From an uncultured Verrucomicrobiae bacterium (lineage in GTDB: Bacteria; Verrucomicrobiota; Verrucomicrobiia; Chthoniobacterales; UBA10450), in contig CAVSDR010000006.1 in NCBI GenBank assembly GCA_963726745.1, forward strand, positions 192,001 through 256,000: a DNA stretch of 64,000 nucleotides, written 5' to 3'. The notes beneath the pieces were generated by a model. That model made no database searches. It saw nothing but the letters and a program-made list of their open reading frames with translations, and had not been told where the DNA came from. Position 1 is the stretch's first letter; every line of letters begins with the position of its first letter. The translations under genes and the position numbers were made by a program. Positions 54,094-64,000 of this stretch are shown piece after piece.

Positions 54094-54789
54094 CTACGGA
54101 TTTGTCAGGACCATGCTCGCGTCCTCGGAGGTGGGCGGTTCGCCGCCGGTCGCCGGGCTCGGGAGGACGCCGATCGAATTCTGGAATTTCTTGATGTCGC
54201 CGCCGGTGTTGGCGTTGGTCGCCTGATTCTTCCGGTAGATGCTGGCGTCGCCGCCCTTGCGGACAATGATGAAACCCTTGTCGCCATACGGCACCTTGGA
54301 GGCGTCGAGCGCGGTGTTGTAAGTGTAGTTCGCGCTCGCGGCGAAGATCGTGTTCGAGGCGTCCGGCTCGCGCACCTTGTAAACCTTCAGGCCGCTCTTG
54401 CCGCTCAGGGTCACCGTGGTGGTCCCGCCGGTGCCGCCGCCGCTCGAGGAATCGACCACGGCGTTCGTTCCGGGCGCAGTCAGGATTTTCTGCACGTCGC
54501 CCGGCTTGAGGTAATCATTCTGCACCAGCTTTTGCACGTAGGTCTGCAGGGTGGTGAGGGTGGCGTCATCGCCCGGCCAGGAGAGGTTCGGATCGGAGTT
54601 GGTCGAGCCATCGGTCGCCATCTGGAAGCCGGCAAGGTAAAGCTGGCGGGCGTTGTTCATCGTGCCGGTCATCTGCCCGCGACCGAGGGCGTTTGTGAGG
54701 GCGGGCACAGCGAGCGCGGCGAGCACGGCAATGATCGCGATGACCACGAGCAATTCGATGAGGGTGAAGGCGGAAGTCTTTTTCATCAT
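54094..54789 (-). CDS. Prepilin-type N-terminal cleavage/methylation protein (pseudopilin-like)
   Basis: KKTSA|FTLIELLVVIAIIAVLAALAVP. Confidence 0.85.
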   Translation of the reverse strand: MMKKTSAFTLIELLVVIAIIAVLAALAVPALTNALGRGQMTGTMNNARQLYLAGFQMATDGSTNSDPNLSWPGDDATLTTLQTYVQKLVQNDYLKPGDVQKILTAPGTNAVVDSSSGGGTGGTTTVTLSGKSGLKVYKVREPDASNTIFAASANYTYNTALDASKVPYGDKGFIIVRKGGDASIYRKNQATNANTGGDIKKFQNSIGVLPSPATGGEPPTSEDASMVLTNP

Positions 54790-54869
54790 GGGTTTAGCGG
54801 CTGCAAAGCTGGTGACCGCAATGGTTTTGGTCAAGCAGCGAATCGGGGACATTTCCGGCAGCGAAGGCT

Positions 54870-57083
54870 TTACGCTTCCGCGCGCTCGAGCTTGAAGGCG
54901 AGCGTGGCCAGAGGCGGCACTTCGATCTGCAAGGAATGCGTGCGGCCCTGCCACTCCGCGGCGCTCGCCTCGAGCCCGCCCATGTTGCCGACATTACTCC
55001 CGCCATAGGTCTCGGCGTCGGTGTTGATGATCTCGCGGTAGAAACCGCCCGCGGGCACGCCGATGCGGTAACCGTGGAGAACCTGCGGTGTGGCATTGAT
55101 CACAAAAACAATCACGTCGCCCGCCTGCGATTTCCGCAAAAACGCGATCGTGCTGTTATCGGCATCGTGGAAGTCGATCCACTCGAAGCCGTCGTAGGTG
55201 TCGTCCAGGTCGAAAAGCGCGGGCTCGTTTTGGTAGGTGAAATTCAAGTGCTGCACCAGGCGGCGGAGGCCGTCGTGCTTCGGTTGCTCGAGCAGGAACC
55301 AATCGAGCTGGCGGTCGTGATTCCACTCGCGCACCTGGCCGAATTCCTGGCCCATGAAGAGCAGCTTCTTCCCCGGATGCGCATACATCCAGGCATAGAA
55401 CATCCGCAGGTTGGCAAACTTCTGCCATTCGTCGCCCGGCATTTTCCCGAGGAGCGAGCCTTTGCCGTGGACCACCTCATCGTGGCTGAGCACGAGGACA
55501 AAGTGTTCACTAAAAGCATACATCAGCGAAAAGGTGATGCTGTTGTGGTGGTAGCGCCGGAAGATCGGATCCAGCGACATGTAGTTCAGGAAGTCGTGCA
55601 TCCAGCCCATGTTCCACTTCATCCCGAAGCCGAGGCCGCCGAGATACGTGGGCCGCGAGACGCCGGGCCAGGCGGTCGATTCTTCCGCGATCGTGACGAT
55701 CCCGGGGAATTGCTCGTAGCAAACTTCGTTGGTCCGCTTGAGGAAATAGACCGCCTCGAGGTTCTCGCGGCCGCCGAAGGCGTTCGGGATCCATTGCCCG
55801 GGCTCGCGCGAGTAATCGAGATAAAGCATCGAGGCCACCGCATCCACCCGCAGCCCGTCGATGTGATATTTATCCAGCCAGAAGAGCGCGTTCCCGGTGA
55901 GGAAATTCCGCACCTCGTTGCGGCCGAAGTTAAAGATGAGCGTGCCCCAATCCTGGTGCTCGCCCTGCCGCGGGTCCATGTGCTCGTAGAGATCGGTCCC
56001 GTCGAATTCCGCCAGCCCATGCGCGTCCTTCGGGAAGTGCGCCGGCACCCAGTCCATGATCACGGCGATCCCAGCCTGGTGGCATTTGTCGATGAAATGC
56101 CGGAGCTCGTCGGGATTTCCGAAGCGGCTCGTGGGCGCGTAGTAGTTCGTGACCTGGTAGCCCCACGAACCCTCAAACGGATGCTCCGCGATCGGGAGCA
56201 ACTCGAGGTGCGTGTAGCCCATCTCGACCACGTAGGGCAACAAAGTGTCGGCTAATTCCAGGTAGCTGTAGGGCCGGTTCGCTTCCGACTCATGCCGCCG
56301 CCAGGAGCCGAGATGCACCTCGTAGATGCTCATCGGCTGCTTGTTCCAATCCTTGGTGCGCCGCGTCTCCATCCAGGCCGCGTCGCTCCATTGGTAGCGG
56401 TCGAGATTGTAGACTAACGAGGAAGTTTCCTTGCCCCATTGGCCGAAGAAAGCGAACGGGTCGCTCTTCAAAAGCAGGTGCCCGGCGGGCGTGCGGATCT
56501 CAAACTTGTAGTGCGCCCCCTCGGCCACGCCGGGGAGGAACAACTCCCACACGCCGCTGCCTAATAAGCGCCGCATCGGGTTGATCCGCCCGTCCCAGCC
56601 GTTGAATTCGCCGACTACGCTCACGCGCTGGCCGTTCGGCGCCCAGACGGCAAAGTAAGTTCCGTCGACGCCGCCAATGCGCCGGAGTTGCGCGCCGAAT
56701 TTCTCGTAAATTCGGTGGTGGTTTCCCTCCGCAAACAGATGCAGGTCGACCTCGCCCATGATCGTCCCGTAGCGGTAGGGATCGACGGTTTCGTGCTCCT
56801 CGCCGTTCCAGCCGGTCAACCGCAGCCGGTAGTCAAAATCGCGCGCGCGCCCCGGCAGCACCGCCTGGAAAAAACCGTCGGCATGCAGCCGCTCCGCGAG
56901 CACTTCCTCGTCCCCCGCCGCCCCGAGCACGCGCACTTCCTTGGCGTCCGGCCGGAAGACGCGCACGACCAGGTTTTCGCCCACGCGATGGGGCCCGAGG
57001 ATGCGGAAGGGATCGGGATGCGCCCCGGCGAGGAAGGCGTGCATTTCATCGACCGGCAGTCCGAGAATTTGAAATTGGCTCAT
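54870..57083 (-). CDS. glgB: 1,4-alpha-glucan branching enzyme
   Basis: FAVWAPN, IYEVHLGSW, SWGYQ, DWVPAHF, DGLRVDAVASM, AEESTAW, LSHDEVVHGK. Confidence 0.97.
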   Translation of the reverse strand: MSQFQILGLPVDEMHAFLAGAHPDPFRILGPHRVGENLVVRVFRPDAKEVRVLGAAGDEEVLAERLHADGFFQAVLPGRARDFDYRLRLTGWNGEEHETVDPYRYGTIMGEVDLHLFAEGNHHRIYEKFGAQLRRIGGVDGTYFAVWAPNGQRVSVVGEFNGWDGRINPMRRLLGSGVWELFLPGVAEGAHYKFEIRTPAGHLLLKSDPFAFFGQWGKETSSLVYNLDRYQWSDAAWMETRRTKDWNKQPMSIYEVHLGSWRRHESEANRPYSYLELADTLLPYVVEMGYTHLELLPIAEHPFEGSWGYQVTNYYAPTSRFGNPDELRHFIDKCHQAGIAVIMDWVPAHFPKDAHGLAEFDGTDLYEHMDPRQGEHQDWGTLIFNFGRNEVRNFLTGNALFWLDKYHIDGLRVDAVASMLYLDYSREPGQWIPNAFGGRENLEAVYFLKRTNEVCYEQFPGIVTIAEESTAWPGVSRPTYLGGLGFGMKWNMGWMHDFLNYMSLDPIFRRYHHNSITFSLMYAFSEHFVLVLSHDEVVHGKGSLLGKMPGDEWQKFANLRMFYAWMYAHPGKKLLFMGQEFGQVREWNHDRQLDWFLLEQPKHDGLRRLVQHLNFTYQNEPALFDLDDTYDGFEWIDFHDADNSTIAFLRKSQAGDVIVFVINATPQVLHGYRIGVPAGGFYREIINTDAETYGGSNVGNMGGLEASAAEWQGRTHSLQIEVPPLATLAFKLERAEA

Positions 57084-57188
57084 GGTGGGACAGGGAATTT
57101 AACCACATCGCCGCCGATGGAAACCGTGGATGCGCTTTCGTGCTTTTCGTTTTGAATCCAAAGCCCGCGCCGCATAGTACGCGCGCAC

Positions 57189-58097
57189 ATGGATCGCAAC
57201 TTCAGCAGCGCGGTGGACGACCTCCTCCGCACCTACCGCGAGAATGGCGGGATCGACTACGTGGAAGCCGCCGCCAGCCTCCCTTCGCGCCCGGCGGTCG
57301 ACGCGGCCTGTGTCGATTTACTCAGCATCATGTTCCCCGGCTTTCACGGCGGCGTGATGGCGCACGCGGGCGACCTGCCGGCCGTGACCACTAGCCGGAT
57401 CAAGAGCCTCCAGGCGCGCCTGAAACCGGAGGTGCTCAAGAGCCTGGCGGCCGTCCAGTCCGAGGACGCGTCGGAGGAGAACGCGGATGAAATTCTTTTC
57501 CACTTCTTCGGCCAGCTCGCCCCCCTCCGGGTGATGCTCTGGGCCGATATCGATGCCGCCTTTGAGGGCGACCCGGCCGCGATCAGCTACGAGGAAATCA
57601 TCCTCGCCTATCCCGCGATCGAGGCGATCGCGATCCAGCGCATGGCGCATCTGCTTTACCAAAAAGAATTGCCGCTCATCCCGCGCATGATGACCGAGTG
57701 GGCCCACGGCCGCACCGGGATCGACATCCATCCGGGCGCGCAGATCGGCTCGCACTTCTTCATCGATCATGGCACCGGCGTCGTCATCGGCGAGACCTGC
57801 GTCATCGGCGCGCACGTGAAGCTTTACCACGGCGTCACCCTGGGCGCGCGCAGCTTCCAAAAAGACGAGCGCGGCCGCATCCGCAAAGGCGGCAAGCGCC
57901 ACCCAAACGTCGAGGATCACGTCACGATTTATCCGAACTCCACTGTCCTCGGCGGCGAGACCACCGTCGGCGCGCGCAGCACCATCGGCGGCAATGTTTT
58001 CCTTACGCAAAGCGTCCCGCCCGACTCGCTGGTTTACTACGAGGCCAAGCAGATCGCGATCGTCCCAAAACGAGCGCAAAGCGATTTCGCCGGCTAA
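57189..58097 (+). CDS. cysE: Serine O-acetyltransferase (EpsC/CysE type)
   Basis: GDPAA...EII..YP, TGIDIHPGA.IG..FFIDHGTGVVIGET, KRHP. Confidence 0.9.
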   Translation: MDRNFSSAVDDLLRTYRENGGIDYVEAAASLPSRPAVDAACVDLLSIMFPGFHGGVMAHAGDLPAVTTSRIKSLQARLKPEVLKSLAAVQSEDASEENADEILFHFFGQLAPLRVMLWADIDAAFEGDPAAISYEEIILAYPAIEAIAIQRMAHLLYQKELPLIPRMMTEWAHGRTGIDIHPGAQIGSHFFIDHGTGVVIGETCVIGAHVKLYHGVTLGARSFQKDERGRIRKGGKRHPNVEDHVTIYPNSTVLGGETTVGARSTIGGNVFLTQSVPPDSLVYYEAKQIAIVPKRAQSDFAG

Positions 58098-59229
58098 TGA
58101 TCTACCTCGATTACAACGCAACCACGCCGCTCTGCGCGCCCGCGCGCGCGGCGATGGCGCCGTATCTCGAGGAGCACTTCGGCAACGCTTCCAGCATCCA
58201 TGCCGCCGGGCGCGTCGCGCGCGCGGCGATCGATGATGCGCGCGATCACCTCGCGCAGTTGCTCCGCGCGAAGCCGCACGAGCTCATCTTCACCGGCAGC
58301 GGCACGGAGGCGAACAACCTCGCCGTGCTCGGTCTCGCGCGCAGCCGGCGCGAGCGCGGGCGGCACCTGGTTTGCGGGAGCACGGAGCATCACGCGGTGC
58401 TCCATGCCTTCGAGCATCTGCGGGAGCGCGAAGGCTTCGAGGTTACCTTCCTGCCGGTGGACTCGTTAGGCCGGGTCGATCCCGCGGAGCTGGCGGCGGC
58501 CTTACGGCCGGAGACGACGCTGGTTTCCATCATGTCGGCTAATAACGAGACCGGCGTGCTCGCGCCGCTGCGGCGAGATCTCGGCGGTCTGCCGCGCGAC
58601 GCGGCGTCCTCCTCCATAGCGACATGGTGCAATCCTTCGCCAAGGAGCCGACCGACCTCGCGCTGGTCGATGCCGCCAGCTTCGCGGCTCACAAGTTTTA
58701 CGGGCCGAAAGGCGCCGGCCTGCTTTTCCTCCGCGCGGGAATCGCGCTCGAGCCGATCCAGTTCGGCGGCGCGCATGAGAACCAGCGCCGGCCCGGGACG
58801 GAGAACGTGGCCGCGATCGCCGGGATGTCGGCCGCTGCCGCCTGGGCGCTCGATGGTTTCGTGGAAGAACAAGCGCGCGAAGCAGAGCTGCGCGACCGCC
58901 TGGCGGAGAAATTAGACAGCGCCTTGGTCAACGGCGACCCGCAGCATCGCCTGGCAAATACGCTCAACCTTAGCTTCCCCGGGCTGGACTCGGAAACACT
59001 CCTGATGGCGCTCGACCTCGAGGGCGTCTGCGCCTCCAGCGGCAGCGCCTGCATGGTCGGCTCGGTCATGGCTTCGCACGTCCTCCGGGCGATGGGCGCC
59101 TCGCCGGAAGTCGCTGGCTCCGCGCTTCGGCTCTCGTTAGGCAAGCAGACCACCGCGGAGGAAATCGAGACCGCCGGCGCCGCGATCCAGCGGGTGCTCC
59201 GTCGGCTGCAAGCGCATGCGCTGGCTTAA
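58097..59229 (+). CDS. iscS: Cysteine desulfurase (IscS/NifS family); indels near 58570-58605
   Basis: MIYLDYNATTP, FTGSGTEANN, ANNETG; AHKFYGPKG, RPGTENV and SSGSAC in the next frame; TAATG coupling to cysE. Confidence 0.85.
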
Positions 59230-59806
59230 GCAGCTCGACCTCTTCACTCACCTGCCGCCGCGCGCGCCGGTGCTCGCGCCCGCGGCGCAACCCGGGCGCG
59301 ATCCGGTGCTTGAAGCCGGCGCACGCGAGCTTTTGCTCTCGTTAGGCGCGGAGGCGCTGGCCGCCCGGGTGCGCGTCGCCTGGAGCGCGCGCCTGCGCAC
59401 CACCGCCGGGCGGGCCGACTTCCGCGCCAGCCTGATAACGCTTAATCCTCACCTGCGCGCGCATGGCGAGGCGGAGGTGGACCGCACCGTCCGCCACGAG
59501 CTGGCCCACCTGCTGGCGCACGAGCGTTTCCCCCGCCGCCGACTGGCGCCGCACGGTCCGGAGTGGCGCCAGGCCTGCGCCGATCTCGGGATTCCCGGCG
59601 AAGCCCGCTGCCACTCCCTCCCCTTTCCCGCGACCCGCCGCCCGCGTCCCTGGCTCTACCAATGTCCGGCCTGCCGCGCGGAGTTTCCTCGCACCCGCCG
59701 GATCCGCCGGGCGGTCGCCTGCCTGGCCTGCTGCCGCAAACACAGCCGCGGACGGTTCGACGCGCGCTTCCGGCTGCGGCTTGTGAGCGTGCAAAATGCC
59801 GCCTAA
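59216..59806 (+). CDS. SprT-like metalloprotease with a zinc ribbon
   Basis: RLRTTAGRA, HELAH, PHGPEW, CPAC...CLAC. Confidence 0.88.
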   Translation: MRWLKQLDLFTHLPPRAPVLAPAAQPGRDPVLEAGARELLLSLGAEALAARVRVAWSARLRTTAGRADFRASLITLNPHLRAHGEAEVDRTVRHELAHLLAHERFPRRRLAPHGPEWRQACADLGIPGEARCHSLPFPATRRPRPWLYQCPACRAEFPRTRRIRRAVACLACCRKHSRGRFDARFRLRLVSVQNAA

Positions 59807-59814
59807 TCTCCCAC

Positions 59815-61255
59815 GTGTTCCGCGGTAAAAGGTTGCTGCTTGTTTTCTGTCTGCTCGGAATCGTCGGCACCGCTTGCAGCGTCCTCGGCTACTCGGCCGG
59901 AAGCGACAAATGGACGAGAAATCGCACGGTCGCGATGCATCTCTCGTTAGGCGGGCCGGCCGCTTTGCAGGATGGCTTCCCTTCCTTTAACGCCTCCGCC
60001 GCGGACGCGCTTCGCCAGTGGAATGCCTACCTGGCGCACATGCAATTCGGGCCGATCGAAGGCTCCTCGCTCACGCCGGAGGATGGCGACAGCGATAACT
60101 CGGTCTTCTTCACGAGCACGGTTTACGGGAAAAGTTTCGGCCGCAACGTGCTCGCGGTCACGCTCACTTCCATCCGCGGTCCGATCACAACCGAGGCGGA
60201 CGTGCTTTTTAACAGCGCGATCTCCTGGAATTCCTACCACGGCCCGCTGCAGGGCAGCGTGCAGGATTTCCACCGCGTGGCGCTCCATGAGTTCGGGCAC
60301 GTCGTCGGCCTGAACCACCCGGACGAGAACGGACAAAAGGTGGTCGCGATCATGAACTCGACCGTGAGCAACCTCGAGACGCTGCAGACCGACGACATCA
60401 ACGGCGCGCGCTCGATCTACGACAATGGGCCGCCTTACCTCGCGACCACGGCGTCGTCTAATCTCGGCAACCTTTCGACCCGCGCGCTCGTCGGCACCGG
60501 CGACCGCGTGCTCATCGGCGGTCTGATCATCCAGGGCAGCCAGCCGACCACGGTGATCCTGCGCGCGGTCGGTCACTCGTTAGGCGCACGCGGCGTGACC
60601 AATGCGCTGACTGATCCGCAGATTGAGCTGCGCAACGCCAGCGGCACGCTCGTGGCGCAAAACGACGACTGGATCGACAGCGTGGATGCGGAAACGATCG
60701 CGAGCTATCGGCTCGATCCGCCGAACAGCACCGAGTCGGCCATCCTGCGGACGCTGAGCGCAGGCAATTACACCGCGATCGTGAAAGCCTTCGATAACGG
60801 AGACGGCAACCTCACCGGCACAGGGCTCTTCGAGATTTACGAGGTGCAGGGGATCGGCGGCCGCGCCGGCAATATCGCCTACCCGCGCGCAGGTCTTGAG
60901 CGGGAACGACGTCGCCATCGCCGGCTTCATCATCGGTGGCAGCCAGCCGAAGGAGGTGATCGTGCGCGGGCTCGGTCCGTCGCTCGCGAACCAGGGCGTG
61001 GCCGGCTCGTTAGGCGATCCGGCGCTCGAGGTGCGCGACTCCTCTGGGCAGCTGGTGGCCTTGAACGACAACTGGCAGACTGATGGCAACGCCGCGCGCG
61101 TGCAGAGCGTCAACCTCGCGCCCACCCGGCCCGAGGAAGCCGCGCTCGACCTGACGCTCAATCCCGGGACCTACACCGCGATCCTGCGCGGCGCCAACGG
61201 CACCACCGGCGTGGCCTTGATCGAAGTCTACGACCTGAGCGCGCCGCCGCCTTAG
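59815..61255 (+). CDS. Secreted matrixin (M10-like metzincin) with two tandem 'NLSTR' C-terminal domains; frameshift near 60880
   Basis: EADVLFN, HEFGHVVGLNH, AIMN Met-turn, DDING; repeated GG.II.G.QP..V..R..G.SL...DP..E.R...NDxW...G.YTAI...E.Y. Confidence 0.82.
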
Positions 61256-61261
61256 CGCTCG

Positions 61262-62402
61262 TTAGGCAAGGTCGTCGCCCTCGCCCTTCTTCGCGGTTTG
61301 CCCGCGGAGCTTCGCCTGGATGAAGAGATCGATCTCGCCATCCATCACCCCCTGGACATTGCTCGTTTCCGCGCCGGTGCGGTGATCCTTCACCATCTGG
61401 TAAGGCTGGAAAACGTAGGAGCGGATCTGGCTGCCCCAGGCGACGTCGCCTTTCTCGCCATATTGCCGGTCGATCTCGGCGCGCTTCTTGTCCTGCTCCA
61501 TCTCGTAGAGCTTGGCCTTGAGCATTTTCATCGCGAGTTCGCGGTTCCGGCCCTGGCTGCGCTCGGCCTGGCAGGCGACAACGATGCCGGTTGGTTGATG
61601 GACGATGCGCACGGCGGTCTCGACCTTGTTCACGTTCTGCCCGCCTTTGCCGCCGGCGCGGAAAGTGTCGACTTCGATGTCCGCCGGGTTCACTTCGATG
61701 GGAACCGAGTCGGGCATTTCCGGGACCACATCGACGCTGGCGAAGGAGGTGTGGCGGCGCTTGTTCGCATCGAACGGAGAGATGCGCACCAACCGATGCA
61801 CCCCGCGCTCAGCGCTGAGATAGCCGTAGGCGTAGTCGCCGCTGACCAGGAACGTCGCCGATTTGATCCCGACTTCTTCGCCAGTCTGGAGGTCGATCGT
61901 CTGCGACTTGAAGCCATTCCGCTCGACCCAGCGGCCATACATTCGCAGGAGCATATCGGCCCAATCGCACGACTCCGTCCCGCCGGCGCCGGAGTGGATC
62001 GTGACGAAGGCGTTCGACTTGTCGTTAGGCCCGGAGAGGAATTGCCGGAGCTCGAATTCCTCGAGCTGATGGAGAATACGCGCGCGCTCTTCCGCAATCT
62101 CGGCTTCGGCGGCGCTGCGCTGGGCGGGATCGGTTTCCTCCGCGGCTAATTCCAGGAGCGCCTCGAAATCCTCCGTGCGCCGTTCGAGCTCGCGGAAGGG
62201 ATTGATCAACGAACGCAGTCGCGAGACTTCCTCGACGTCCGCCTGGGCGCGCTCGCGGTTATTCCAGAAGTCGGGCGCGGTCATGCGCGCCTCCAGGGTG
62301 ATCAGTTCTTCGTGCAGCTTGGGGAGGTCAAAGATACCTCCGGAGCTCGCCCACGCGGGCCTTGAGATCGTCTGCCTTGAGTTCCTGCACTTCCGTCGCC
62401 AT
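61262..62402 (-). CDS. prfB: Peptide chain release factor 2, translated by programmed +1 frameshift
   Basis: [40 protein letters not shown]; upstream frame MATEVQ...RRYL ends in CTT TGA C. Confidence 0.96.
62327..62342 (-). promoter_or_regulatory. prfB +1 frameshift site
   Basis: Minus strand reads GG AGG TAT CTT TGA C: internal SD-like GGAGG, then the CTT slippery codon and UGA-C. Confidence 0.92.
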
Positions 62403-62452
62403 GGCGGGGAAGATAAGGAAAACTGCCGGCGCCGCCACGCAGAGTTTGCCGG

Positions 62453-62799
62453 CTATTTTCGCTGGCCGCCGGAACGCGGGTCGAGGCGGAAGACGGTTTC
62501 GCCCGGCTTCATCAAATCGAGCCGATCGCGCGCGATCGTCTCGAGATAGGCGGGATCGGTCTTGAGCAAGTTCACCTCGCGCGAACGCCGGGCCAGGACC
62601 AGGCGTTGCTCGGTGACCTTCGCCTGGAGGTTCTCGATTTCCGCCCGACTGGCGGTGAGCTTTTTGTGCTGCGGAATGAAAAGGCTGAGGACGATGAGGA
62701 GAAACGCGAGCACGAGCAAACCGCGCACGATGCGGTTGAGCTGTTGCCAGATCGAAGCTTCGCGGCGCGCTCGAAAATCGCCGTCGCCAGGGTGATCCA

Positions 62800-62800
<1 letters not shown>
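62453..62800 (-). CDS. ftsB: Septum formation initiator (FtsB/DivIC family)
   Basis: Single TM helix, coiled coil, DP.Y.E..ARD.L...KPGE.VF; lies directly after eno. Confidence 0.82.

Positions 62801-64000
<1,200 letters not shown>

Overview
High-GC (roughly 65-67% by eye) bacterial chromosomal segment of about 55 densely packed genes. It is most likely Verrucomicrobiota, Chthoniobacterales/Spartobacteria-like; this is inferred from the PEP-CTERM protein, the prepilin-type N-terminus, DUF5069 and the 'NLSTR...EVYD' tandem C-terminal domain. Content is mostly core and envelope functions: LPS glycosyl/heptosyltransferases, msbA, rfaD, a cobalamin riboswitch with a BtuB-like receptor, rmuC, tal, trmL, trmB, comEC, msrA, purH, ruvB, xseA, glgB, cysE, a cysteine desulfurase, prfB with its programmed +1 frameshift, ftsB-like and eno. 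There are also several secreted multidomain proteins. I saw no rRNA, tRNA, CRISPR, prophage or IS element. About a dozen genes carry single-base indels, probably long-read errors. The strongest unexplained signal is at the DNA level. The non-palindromic octamer CTCGTTAG/CTAACGAG occurs at least 38 times (about 1-2 expected from base composition), in several reading frames and in non-coding DNA. It belongs to a wider (CTCGT/RAAT/RAAA)-TAG-(G/C/A)C family that also absorbs many stop codons. It is a candidate uptake-sequence-like or HIP1-like genome-wide motif.
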